Shown: positions 24,035 to 31,674 of the stretch, in pieces | Numbering within the stretch: position 1 is the stretch's first letter | How the letters are laid out: each line of letters opens with the position of its first letter | Source of the DNA: a virus | Lineage: Duplodnaviria; Caudoviricetes | Length of the DNA stretch: 46,412 nt | Strand: one strand, 5' to 3' | Virus record (IMG/VR): IMGVR_UViG_3300037467_000541 | Span: 1 to 46,412 of that record | Position numbers and translations under genes: made by a program | Notes under the pieces: generated by a model | Told to the model about the DNA's origin: nothing | The model's database searches: none | What the model saw: only the letters and a program-made list of their open reading frames with translations

Positions 24035-24526
24035 TCACGCGACCTCCAGAACGCGCGGCGCACCTAGCGGCGCGTCGCCTTCGGCATCGAGCGCAACGGC
24101 GATGGATTCCATGCGGAGCGCGTCACCGGTCGCGCCTTCATCGGCGAGCGCGGCGAGGTTCGCGAACGCGCGCGACAGGCTGCGCCCCATCTCGGCGAGG
24201 GACTGGCCGTTTTCCTGCGCCAGCGTGATCGCCATGTTGTAGACCGCGACCATGTAGCAGCCGGGACACAAGGGCTGCGCATCGGGCCCGAAGGTCTGCG
24301 CATAGGTGCGCGTCCCGTCGTTGAGCGCGTCCGTGCGCATCATCGTATCGAGGTAGCCCGCGAGCGTTGCACCAGTCTCCGCGCGCTGCCCGTCTTGAAT
24401 GTGGATGAGGTCGCACGCGCCGCGGTAGACCATGCCGGTCTCCGCATTGCGGGTGCGCGTGGTGGTGGTGGGCAGTGCTACCGCTTCACCAGCGGAGGCG
24501 CCTGCTGCTGCGATGAAATCAAACAT
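24035..24526 (-). CDS. Hypothetical early protein (163 aa)
   Basis: Repeat-borne RBS; contains CPGC. Confidence 0.72.
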   Translation of the reverse strand: MFDFIAAAGASAGEAVALPTTTTRTRNAETGMVYRGACDLIHIQDGQRAETGATLAGYLDTMMRTDALNDGTRTYAQTFGPDAQPLCPGCYMVAVYNMAITLAQENGQSLAEMGRSLSRAFANLAALADEGATGDALRMESIAVALDAEGDAPLGAPRVLEVA

Positions 24527-24596
24527 GGTGGTCTCCCTTGTTCGGCCTGATGGCGGCCGGTGGTGCGCCCTCGCGAGGAAGGCGCACCGCCTGCGG

Positions 24597-24812
24597 TCAT
24601 CCGTGCAACTCGCCCGATGCGATGCGCGCCAGCGTGCAAACGACCAGCAGCCCCGCGAGCGTCGCGATGTACTGGTGCGCGCCCGCAATCTCCGCGCTGT
24701 GATAGGCGAGTTCCCCGAAGACGCCCGCGTGTCCCGCACGCTTGAGCGCGTGGCCGTGGTGGCGATGGAAGAGGCGCCAATGTGCCTTGAGGTGACGTGT
24801 CTGCCGTTTCAT
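24597..24812 (-). CDS. Small His-rich membrane protein (71 aa)
   Basis: GAGGG SD; C-terminal hydrophobic segment. Confidence 0.55.
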   Translation of the reverse strand: MKRQTRHLKAHWRLFHRHHGHALKRAGHAGVFGELAYHSAEIAGAHQYIATLAGLLVVCTLARIASGELHG

Positions 24813-24822
24813 GTCGAAGCCC

Positions 24823-24987
24823 TCAGGGAGACACCGCGACGCCGACCAGCAGCAGCGCGAGGAAGAGAGCGCACCGGGCGAACATGCCAGCGGGCGCACC
24901 GGGCGCGAACGCAGAGAGCGCGGCGAAGTCGTCGGCCGTCTGCGCGTAAAGCGCCAGCTCGGAAAGGTGGGTGAGTCGGTCGTGCAT
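24823..24987 (-). CDS. Small membrane protein (54 aa), first gene of the early array
   Basis: Repeat-borne RBS; C-terminal TM. Confidence 0.65.
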   Translation of the reverse strand: MHDRLTHLSELALYAQTADDFAALSAFAPGAPAGMFARCALFLALLLVGVAVSP

Positions 24988-25031
24988 GGTGGTCTCCCTT
25001 GTGGCGCCGACGCCCGGCGCACCCGTAGGAA

Positions 25032-25048
25032 TGCAGGAAGCGTGCCAA
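25032..25048 (-). promoter_or_regulatory. sigma54-type promoter of the early operon
   Basis: TTGGCACGCTTCCTGCA versus consensus TGGCACG-N4-TTGCW; predicted +1 ~25021 coincides with the first repeat hairpin. Confidence 0.72.
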
Positions 25049-25091
25049 TCGTAAACCGTTGAGCGGACGCAACGGTCGCCCGAAGGGAACC

Positions 25092-25136
25092 GACGCGCAG
25101 CGTCAGAAGTTGACGCAGAGCGTCCGAAGGTGACGC
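25092..25136. promoter_or_regulatory. Tandem palindromes GACGC-N3-GCGTC (candidate enhancer or operator)
   Basis: Full sites at 25092-25104 and 25112-25124, half-site at 25132-25136; 20-bp period. Confidence 0.55.
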
Positions 25137-25138
25137 GG

Positions 25139-25486
25139 TTAGCTAGTCGCCAGCGCGACCGCGGCGAGCGCGACCACAGCCAGCGCAACGCGCGGCAGGC
25201 GCCCCAGCCAGAGCGCGAGGGCAGCCCCCAGCCCCCATGCGGCGCCCACGGCCGGCGCGTGCGGCTCGATCAGGCGCGTTGCGCCCACCGTGACGCAGAG
25301 CCCCACCGCGAGCCCCGCGAGCGCATAGGGCAGCAGCAGCGCCAGTGCCCACAGGAGACGCGAGCGGGCACCGTCGAGGGCATCGGCAGCGGGCGCCCAC
25401 GGTGCGCCCTGAGGTGTCCGTGTGGTGTCCTGAGGGCCGGCCCCAGCGGTGGCCGTGCGGTGTCCTTTCGGGAACCTTGCGGGCAT
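25139..25486 (-). CDS. Putative membrane protein (115 aa)
   Basis: GGAGAG SD; three hydrophobic segments. Confidence 0.5.
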   Translation of the reverse strand: MPARFPKGHRTATAGAGPQDTTRTPQGAPWAPAADALDGARSRLLWALALLLPYALAGLAVGLCVTVGATRLIEPHAPAVGAAWGLGAALALWLGRLPRVALAVVALAAVALATS

Positions 25487-25492
25487 GGCGTG

Positions 25493-25510
25493 CTCTCCGT
25501 GGCCCTAAGC
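25493..25510 (-). promoter_or_regulatory. Degenerate phage-promoter motif near the genome end
   Basis: TTAGGGCCACGGAGAG (one mismatch in the core). Confidence 0.45.
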
Positions 25511-26104
25511 AAAAAAACAGGGCACCGCGAGGACGAACGCAAACCGCGGGCCAGTCAGGCGCAGAGCGTGCACCCGGTGGCCGTCAGGATCACGTCAGGG
25601 CACCAGCGCACAGCATCAGACATCCAGTGCAGGGCCCTTAGGAATCAACAGGTTGCCCCTCGGACCGTGCCATGGCGTGCCAGCAGGCGCCCCAGCGGTG
25701 GCCCGTCGGCCCCGTTCGAACGCAGGCCGGGCGACCCCCCACGGGGGATTCTGGCCGCGCCGCGGTGGATCGAGACGCCTCGCAATTTCTCGTGAAAATC
25801 TAGCCCCCCGTGCCATTGGTCATGCCCAGGGGACCTCTTAAGGCCCCTCGGGCTTTCCACATGGATCCGCGTGCGCGCCGTCACAGTTTCCCATTCATTT
25901 TCCAGCCAGCAACACAAGTCGGTTCTGTGTAGCGTGAAGACTCATGAGGGAGACCAATCGCTGTGCCTGGGGGGAACCCGAGGGTTCCTTTCGGTATGAC
26001 CACTACCACTACACCCATACCCATCCCATAGGGGTGTCCCCTAGGAGCACCGTCAGGTGCTCCACAGGGTCCCCTTAAGGGGGCGCGCGTGCGCGCGTAC
26101 TAGT

Positions 26105-26250
26105 TATGGGTGTCGGCTACGTGGTGTTCTTTCAGTCCGCCTCCGGCCGGGGGACGACCCCGACCAAGGGAGACCAATCCATCGGGAGGATCGGCGCCGC
26201 CCGACCGGAGGGGACGTCTGGAGTGTAGCCCGACGCTGCCCGACACGAAC
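26105..26250 (-). ncRNA. Candidate antisense sRNA-2 with the anti-RBS seed in a terminal loop
   Basis: Long hairpin (26210-26201/26150-26141 plus inner stems, G-U pairs on -) with loop CUCCCGAUGGAUUGGUCUCCCUU. 5' GUGUCGG can pair with 3' CCGACAC. Confidence 0.62.
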
Positions 26251-26260
26251 ATTACGTTCA

Positions 26261-26276
26261 CGCAAGTCGTGTGCCG
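26261..26276 (-). promoter_or_regulatory. sigma54-type promoter for candidate sRNA-2
   Basis: CGGCACACGACTTGCG matches GG-N10-GC; predicted +1 ~26250. Confidence 0.58.
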
Positions 26277-26288
26277 TTGGTCGCATTG

Positions 26289-27992
26289 CTACCGCCGTAG
26301 AGCGCGGTTGGTCATGCTGAAGCCCTGGCGCGGGTCCTTGCCGCCGTACCACTGGCGGATGAACTCGCGACGCATCTTCTCCCGCTCGGCCTCCAGGTGG
26401 GCCGCTTCGGCCGCTTGGGCGTCCTGCTGGAGCTGGGCGCGGAAGTAGCGCACGCCGTGGGCGAGGATGTCCACGCGGTCGTCTTGCTTCAGGGAGTCGC
26501 GGTCGCGGGTGATGTGCGTGAGCTGGTAGAGCAGCGAGTTCGTGCCGGCGAGGATGTCGGCCTTCGCGCACGCGGCGTCGATGACCAGGCGGTGCTGGTT
26601 GAGCACCGGCTCCAAGTCCTCGATGATGCGGCGCTCCTTCTGCCCGGCCGCCTTCACTTCGGTCAGCGTCACCGGGTAGGTCTTCGCGACCACAGGCGCG
26701 AGCAGCGCCAGGAACATGCCGTCGCCGAAGTTCGACTCGATCAGGATCTCATTGACCTCGTGATCGCGCGCGACGTTGGCGAGCCCTTGCAGCGTCGCCT
26801 CGCCGTAGCCGTCGGTGAACCCTCCGGTGGCCTTGAGGAAGAGCTGCCCGGCCATGTGGAAGAGCACCACGTAGGCCGTCTCGTTCTTGCCGCGGCCCGA
26901 GGGGTCGATGACCATGATGCGGCCCTGGTAGGGCAGCATCGTGTCGCTCGCGTACATCGGCCGGTACAGGCGGTCGCCGTTGAAGCCCACGTTGTCGATC
27001 TGCGCGTCATTGCGCGGATCGCTCGTCCACACCAGCTTCGCCGGTGCGAGCTTCAGGTCGACGTCCATGCAGATGAAGTCGGACGTGCGGAGCGGATAGC
27101 GCAGCGCATCGCTCAGGCTCGTGTCGAGCATGAACTGCAAGGCGAAGCCGCTGGCGCCGTAAGACGCGCGCCGCTCCGCCAGGTCCATGTCGGTGAACCG
27201 CTCGGGATCCGTCGAGTGCCCGGCGAGCGCCGGATTCTTGTCGAGGTCCTCGGCGATGTCGGGCGCGAGGTTGCCGCCGTACTTCGCGCGCTGCTCCGGC
27301 GTCGGATACAGCGCCGGCCAGATGCGGATCTTGTAGCCGCGCCCTTCGAGCAAGCGGTACACGCTCTGCTCGGTCTGCGGCGTGCCGAGATACACGACGT
27401 CGCCGCCCGGCATCAGGATCGCGTCGAACTCCTTGATGGCCTCCGCGAGCTTCTCGCGCATGACCTCGGTCAGAGAGTTCTTCGGATTCTCGATGTCGTC
27501 CGCGACGATCAGCGATGCACGGCCACCGGTGATGCCACCAGTGATACCCGCAGCGCGCACTGAGGGCGCCTGGTGGGCTTCTGAAGGGCCCACGTCGAAT
27601 GCCAGCACGCTATCGCGTTGGCCTTCGCGCGGACGCAGGAATTGCAGCAGCTCGATCTCGTCGATCAAGCGGCGAGTGAACGTCGCGAACTCAGTCGCCT
27701 TGTACTCGTTCGCCGAGACGACGAGGATGCGCTCGTTCGGATTCCGATAGAGTCGCCACAGCACGAAGGCCGCGGTGATCCACGACTTGCCGAGGCCGCG
27801 GAAGCCCTGCGTCATCGAGCGACGCGGGCCATGCTGGAGCCAGAGCGCGACGGCGTACTGCCGCAGCGTCGGCTTCAGCCCCAGGTGCCGCAGGATGAAC
27901 CACAGGAAGTACCGGAAGTCGTCGTGGAGCTTCTTCTCGGAGTCCGTCTGGACCCACTCGGGGTAGGCGACGGGGGTCTTGGGGGACTTCAT
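26289..27992 (-). CDS. terL: Terminase large subunit (T7 gp19-like)
   Basis: QGFRGLGKSWITAAFVLW, ITGGRASLIVADDIE, YLGTPQ, IDPSGRGKNET, DDRVD. Confidence 0.96.
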   Translation of the reverse strand: MKSPKTPVAYPEWVQTDSEKKLHDDFRYFLWFILRHLGLKPTLRQYAVALWLQHGPRRSMTQGFRGLGKSWITAAFVLWRLYRNPNERILVVSANEYKATEFATFTRRLIDEIELLQFLRPREGQRDSVLAFDVGPSEAHQAPSVRAAGITGGITGGRASLIVADDIENPKNSLTEVMREKLAEAIKEFDAILMPGGDVVYLGTPQTEQSVYRLLEGRGYKIRIWPALYPTPEQRAKYGGNLAPDIAEDLDKNPALAGHSTDPERFTDMDLAERRASYGASGFALQFMLDTSLSDALRYPLRTSDFICMDVDLKLAPAKLVWTSDPRNDAQIDNVGFNGDRLYRPMYASDTMLPYQGRIMVIDPSGRGKNETAYVVLFHMAGQLFLKATGGFTDGYGEATLQGLANVARDHEVNEILIESNFGDGMFLALLAPVVAKTYPVTLTEVKAAGQKERRIIEDLEPVLNQHRLVIDAACAKADILAGTNSLLYQLTHITRDRDSLKQDDRVDILAHGVRYFRAQLQQDAQAAEAAHLEAEREKMRREFIRQWYGGKDPRQGFSMTNRALRR

Positions 27993-28213
27993 GGGTCTCC
28001 AATGGCCCAGGAAGGCCCCTCCCTGGCCCCACACGGGGCGCGCAGGAGGGGGCCGCTAGGGTAGTACCGGGTAGGCAATGGTTGCCCTTAGGGGACGTTT
28101 GGCGGGTCCATCCTGAATGGGATGGGGAGGAGCACGAGATACCCGTGCGCCTCCGCCCACGAGATCCAGATGGCCGCCACCTTGCAGGCAACGACCAGGG
28201 TCTCGATCACGAC

Positions 28214-28525
28214 TCAGGTGTTGTCGTTGAGGAACGCGCCGATGTTCACCGAGCCCGACGGCTGCGCGGGGCGCTTCAGTCGGATGGTGCACTTGCCAGG
28301 GATCTGCACGACCGGGTTGTTGCGCGTGAGCACACACTCGATGGTGTCAGCGCTCGACGGCGTGTCGATGTAGACGATGATCGACTGCTCGTTGAGCAAC
28401 GCCTGGAAACCGTTGGCGTCGTCGGTGTAGATGCCGACGATCCAGTTCTCGAACGCAGGGATCGAGATGTCGGCCGAGGTCGTCCCCGCGGTGAGCGCGG
28501 GGGCGATTGCAGCAGTTTGTGCCAT
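28214..28525 (-). CDS. Hypothetical protein (103 aa), probably virion or RBP-associated
   Basis: TAAGGA SD; beta-rich; follows the tailspike gene. Confidence 0.65.
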   Translation of the reverse strand: MAQTAAIAPALTAGTTSADISIPAFENWIVGIYTDDANGFQALLNEQSIIVYIDTPSSADTIECVLTRNNPVVQIPGKCTIRLKRPAQPSGSVNIGAFLNDNT

Positions 28526-28534
28526 GGGTATTCC

Positions 28535-30040
28535 TTACGCGAACAGATTGGCCGCTTGGGCGTTCGTTCGCATGGTGTTGAAGTCGGCCTTCAGCTCATT
28601 GACGAGCGTGACCACTTTGTCGAACTCGGTCTTCGTCGGCGTGCTGCCAGCAGCCGCGGTCGCGTCAGGAGACGAGATCGAGCTGAAGGTCGCAGCGCGC
28701 TTCGGGATGTGCGTCGACAGCGGTTGACCGCCACTCCAGACTTGCGACGTGGTGTTGGACGCGGGCATGCGGACGTGCGTCGAGCTGGCGTTGAACAGCA
28801 CACCGATCTGCACCCACGAGCGCGACAGGTTGTCACCAACGTAGACGTCGTAGGACGTGTTGGTGTAGCCGTCGGTGTTCGTGTGCGACGGCGAGCCGTT
28901 GTACTCGCCATAGATCCAGTAGACGCCCACGTTCGTACCGCTTTCGAGGCGGTAGCCTTCCTGGCCGTTGTACGACGCCTGGCCGGCGATGATGAGCGTG
29001 CCGTAGGTCGACGCGGTTGCAGCGTTGTCGTCCGGGCCGTCGAGGAAGTGGTAGAAGCCGTAGGTGCCGTTGCGGTCGAACTGGCAGTTGATGAAGGTGT
29101 TGGCGTTCGCCCCCATCCGCACCCAAAAGCCATGCCGACCGTTGTCCTTGAACCACGAGTTGCGGATCGAGGAGAAGAACACCGCGTTGCCGATGGTGCC
29201 CTTCAGGCCGGACGCCACGTTCGCGTTCGAGGGCGCGAACATCGCACCGTCGTTCGTGAAGTCGTGGACGTAGACGTGCTCCATGTCCACTTTCCGCTGG
29301 ATGAAGATCCCGCAGTAGTAGGTGCTGGAGGTTTGTCCCGTGCCGTAGTAGCCGAAGTCGAAGTGCGCGAGCTGGATCAGGTCGCCGCCCGTCGGAGCGC
29401 TCACGACCATGCCGTGATTGTTGCCGCTGACGTACGACTTGAGGAACGTGAACTCTCGGCCCGCGCCCAGGATCTTCACCGAGCGACCGGTGGTGATCGT
29501 GTTGTTGAACCGATAGCTGCCGGGCGGGAAGTAGATCGTGTGCGCGCCCGTTGCGAGCGCGTTGGTCCACGCGGTGTCGCACGCGGTTGCACCGGTGCTA
29601 TCGGCGCCGTAGTCCTTGATCGAGACCTGGATCTCGCCGATCTTCGTATCGAGGCCGCGCGCCGTTGCGCCCGTGCCGGTCGGCGTGTAGTTGCCCGAGC
29701 CGCCGCCACCGGACGCCGAGAGGACGCCCGTGGTGGCATCGAGGGTCAGGTTGGCGCCGAGCGTGATCTCCTGCGGAACACCCGCGGTTGCGGAGTAGCG
29801 CCCGAGGAGGGTCTGCCCCGTGCGGTTCTGCATGTGCGAGAGCTGCACGGAGGCCGGAGCGAACGTGTTGAGGTTCGTCGAGCCAGCCCAGGTCGACAGC
29901 GCGGTGTTCTCGACGTTGCCGAGACCCAGCGCCGCCACCAGGCCGGCCATCGTAAAGAGCGCCGTCAGGCCGTTCGCGTTGCCCAGGACGGTATCGGTGT
30001 TCGCCGGAGTGGCGACACCAACTTGTGCGGTATTGGACAT
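28535..30040 (-). CDS. Tailspike / depolymerase with a pectate-lyase-like beta-helix
   Basis: SIKDYGADSTGATACD...TIYFPPGSY cap motif, Asn/Gly-rich repeats, C-terminal helical segment. Confidence 0.82.
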   Translation of the reverse strand: MSNTAQVGVATPANTDTVLGNANGLTALFTMAGLVAALGLGNVENTALSTWAGSTNLNTFAPASVQLSHMQNRTGQTLLGRYSATAGVPQEITLGANLTLDATTGVLSASGGGGSGNYTPTGTGATARGLDTKIGEIQVSIKDYGADSTGATACDTAWTNALATGAHTIYFPPGSYRFNNTITTGRSVKILGAGREFTFLKSYVSGNNHGMVVSAPTGGDLIQLAHFDFGYYGTGQTSSTYYCGIFIQRKVDMEHVYVHDFTNDGAMFAPSNANVASGLKGTIGNAVFFSSIRNSWFKDNGRHGFWVRMGANANTFINCQFDRNGTYGFYHFLDGPDDNAATASTYGTLIIAGQASYNGQEGYRLESGTNVGVYWIYGEYNGSPSHTNTDGYTNTSYDVYVGDNLSRSWVQIGVLFNASSTHVRMPASNTTSQVWSGGQPLSTHIPKRAATFSSISSPDATAAAGSTPTKTEFDKVVTLVNELKADFNTMRTNAQAANLFA

Positions 30041-30047
30041 TGGTTCC

Positions 30048-30533
30048 TCAGGTAATGCGGCGCAGCGAAACCGACGAGATCGTGTACGTGTTCGTACCGT
30101 TCGCGCCGTTCGCGATGAAGCGCAGCATGTTGGTTGAAGTGCCTGCGCCCGATGTCGTCAGGATGGCCGTGTAGCTGCCATTCGCGCTGCGGACGGGGCC
30201 TGAGGCGAAGTGCCCCGATGTTGCGCCGCCGATCTGCGCCTTGACGCTGCCCCCGGTCAAACCAGTGATCGTGAACTGCACAAGGTAGACGCCGTTGTCG
30301 ACAGTGCCGATGCCGCTCGCGGTCATCGTTGCGGAGTTGTTGGCACCGTTGAAGTGCAGGCCACCCGAGTCTTGCGTGAGCGTCCCCGCAGCGCCGCCGT
30401 TGATGTTGGTGGCCCAGGTGCCAGAGTTCGCGGCCGGCGCGATGTTCTTGCCTGGACCGCCCCGACGGCGGTCGTACGGCAGGTAGCGAAGGTGGCGCCG
30501 AATGTGCGTGCGGAGCTGCTGGTACGCGATCAC
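30048..30533 (-). CDS. Putative virion beta-sandwich (carbohydrate-binding-like) protein
   Basis: Gly/Thr/Asn-rich, ends YTISSVSLRRI; coupled to terS. Confidence 0.6.
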   Translation of the reverse strand: MIAYQQLRTHIRRHLRYLPYDRRRGGPGKNIAPAANSGTWATNINGGAAGTLTQDSGGLHFNGANNSATMTASGIGTVDNGVYLVQFTITGLTGGSVKAQIGGATSGHFASGPVRSANGSYTAILTTSGAGTSTNMLRFIANGANGTNTYTISSVSLRRIT

Positions 30534-30820
30534 TGCACGCTCCCCGTGTGCTCCTGCTCGACGTCTTCGAGATCCGGGAGTTGTCCCTGGAGCGCGTCGA
30601 AGAGCTGCTTCGCGCGGACCGGCGAGTCGATACCGTTGTCCTTCAGGGCCTTGATGGCCTGCGCGAGGAGTGCGGGAGGGATGCGTTCGCGCGGCAGCTC
30701 TTTGCCGTCGGCGTCGAACTTCTTGACCTTGTAGGAGTTGATCTCGTCGATCAGGGTTTGGAACACCAGCGCGTGCAGCGAGTCAGCGACGTCCGAGGAC
30801 GCGCGCTTCTCATTTGCCAT
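30530..30820 (-). CDS. terS: Terminase small subunit (T7 gp18-like)
   Basis: LH...PALLAQAIKALKDNGI motif, size and position. Confidence 0.8.
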   Translation of the reverse strand: MANEKRASSDVADSLHALVFQTLIDEINSYKVKKFDADGKELPRERIPPALLAQAIKALKDNGIDSPVRAKQLFDALQGQLPDLEDVEQEHTGSVQ

Positions 30821-31055
30821 CGTCGTGTTTCTCCAATTCCTTCCGCAGCAGGGCGACCTCCGTCTTCGTGTCGTCCATCGTCTGCCGAAGCTCGTCGACC
30901 TTCGCGGTCGCCTGCTCGATGCGCTCGATGCGCACGTCTTGCACAGCGTTCGCTTGCGCGGACTTGATGATCGCGGTGGCTCCTGCGAGGCTCGCGGCCG
31001 TTGCGATGCCGGTGAGGACCTTTACAGCAGCTCCGCTAAACATTTCCGTTTTCAT
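30810..31055 (-). CDS. Single-TM coiled-coil protein at the gp17.5 position
   Basis: N-terminal hydrophobic helix plus coiled coil; function uncertain. Confidence 0.55.
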   Translation of the reverse strand: MKTEMFSGAAVKVLTGIATAASLAGATAIIKSAQANAVQDVRIERIEQATAKVDELRQTMDDTKTEVALLRKELEKHDDGK

Positions 31056-31056
31056 G

Positions 31057-31674
31057 TCACTTACCCGCTCGCAAGCCGACCTTGGCGCCGTCGAGCACCG
31101 TGTACGCCGGGCCTGCGATGGTGATGGGGTTTCCGTCCGTGTCCAGCAAAGGGTTGCCGGCGGTGTCGTAAAGGGTGATGTCGGTATCGACATAGGCGAT
31201 GTCGATCTGGAGGTAGGAGTCTTTCGGCGCGTTGACCGTGCCTTGGACCCACCATTCCGGCGACAGCGTGGCGGAGTGCCAGGTGTCGAGAGCGAAGCCC
31301 TGCGGAAGATCGGGCGAATTGAGATGCGTTGCGCGCACGGCGAACTGGTCGGCGGTGCCGGCCTTGAGCCACTTCTCCAGCGAGAAGTAGTTGCCTTGCG
31401 TCTGCATCTCTGCCTGGCCGTTCGCGTTAATGCGATAGCCGCAGGTGCTCAGCGAGTTGGGATCGGGTGCGCCGCTGCCAACCGAAAGGGTCCGGTCGGT
31501 AATCAGCGCCTTCGGAATTGGCCAGCGAGAGATCCACTGGCCTTGACTCGCGACCCACTCCTTCACCCACTGAAGCGACACCCAGCCGGGCGACAGTCCA
31601 GTCCCGTTGTACCGCTGCGCCTTCGACGGATTCACCCAGGTATTCGTGACGGGCGAGAATCGTTGAAGGCTCAT
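31057..31674 (-). CDS. Putative tail-fibre-associated protein (205 aa)
   Basis: TGATG coupling to the gp17-like gene; Trp-rich. Confidence 0.6.
   Translation of the reverse strand: MSLQRFSPVTNTWVNPSKAQRYNGTGLSPGWVSLQWVKEWVASQGQWISRWPIPKALITDRTLSVGSGAPDPNSLSTCGYRINANGQAEMQTQGNYFSLEKWLKAGTADQFAVRATHLNSPDLPQGFALDTWHSATLSPEWWVQGTVNAPKDSYLQIDIAYVDTDITLYDTAGNPLLDTDGNPITIAGPAYTVLDGAKVGLRAGK

Larger units (their letters stand above)
21331..25020 (-). repeat. Array of eight structured intergenic repeats ending in ACAAGGGAGACC-N3-7-ATG
   Basis: Close copies at 22005-22075, 22562-22632, 23262-23335, 23576-23646 and 24527-24596. Structure-only copies at 21331-21405 and 22834-22907. Partial copy at 24988-25020. 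Confidence 0.92.

Noticed and set aside
21331-25020. Early repeats as a CRISPR array
   Set aside because: The intervening sequences are whole genes of 200-900 bp, the repeats vary, and there are no cas genes.
18331-25020. Integron (integrase plus attC cassettes)
   Set aside because: The repeats lack attC RYYYAAC/GTTRRRY ends, and the recombinase looks like an ordinary phage integrase with its own attP. Shuffling by homologous recombination remains possible.
22076-25188. Long N-terminal extensions in the ORF track (RETTM and QGRPP peptides; also for RNAP, polymerase, primase and SSB)
   Set aside because: They are translations through intergenic repeats or upstream genes. True starts follow the SD motifs.
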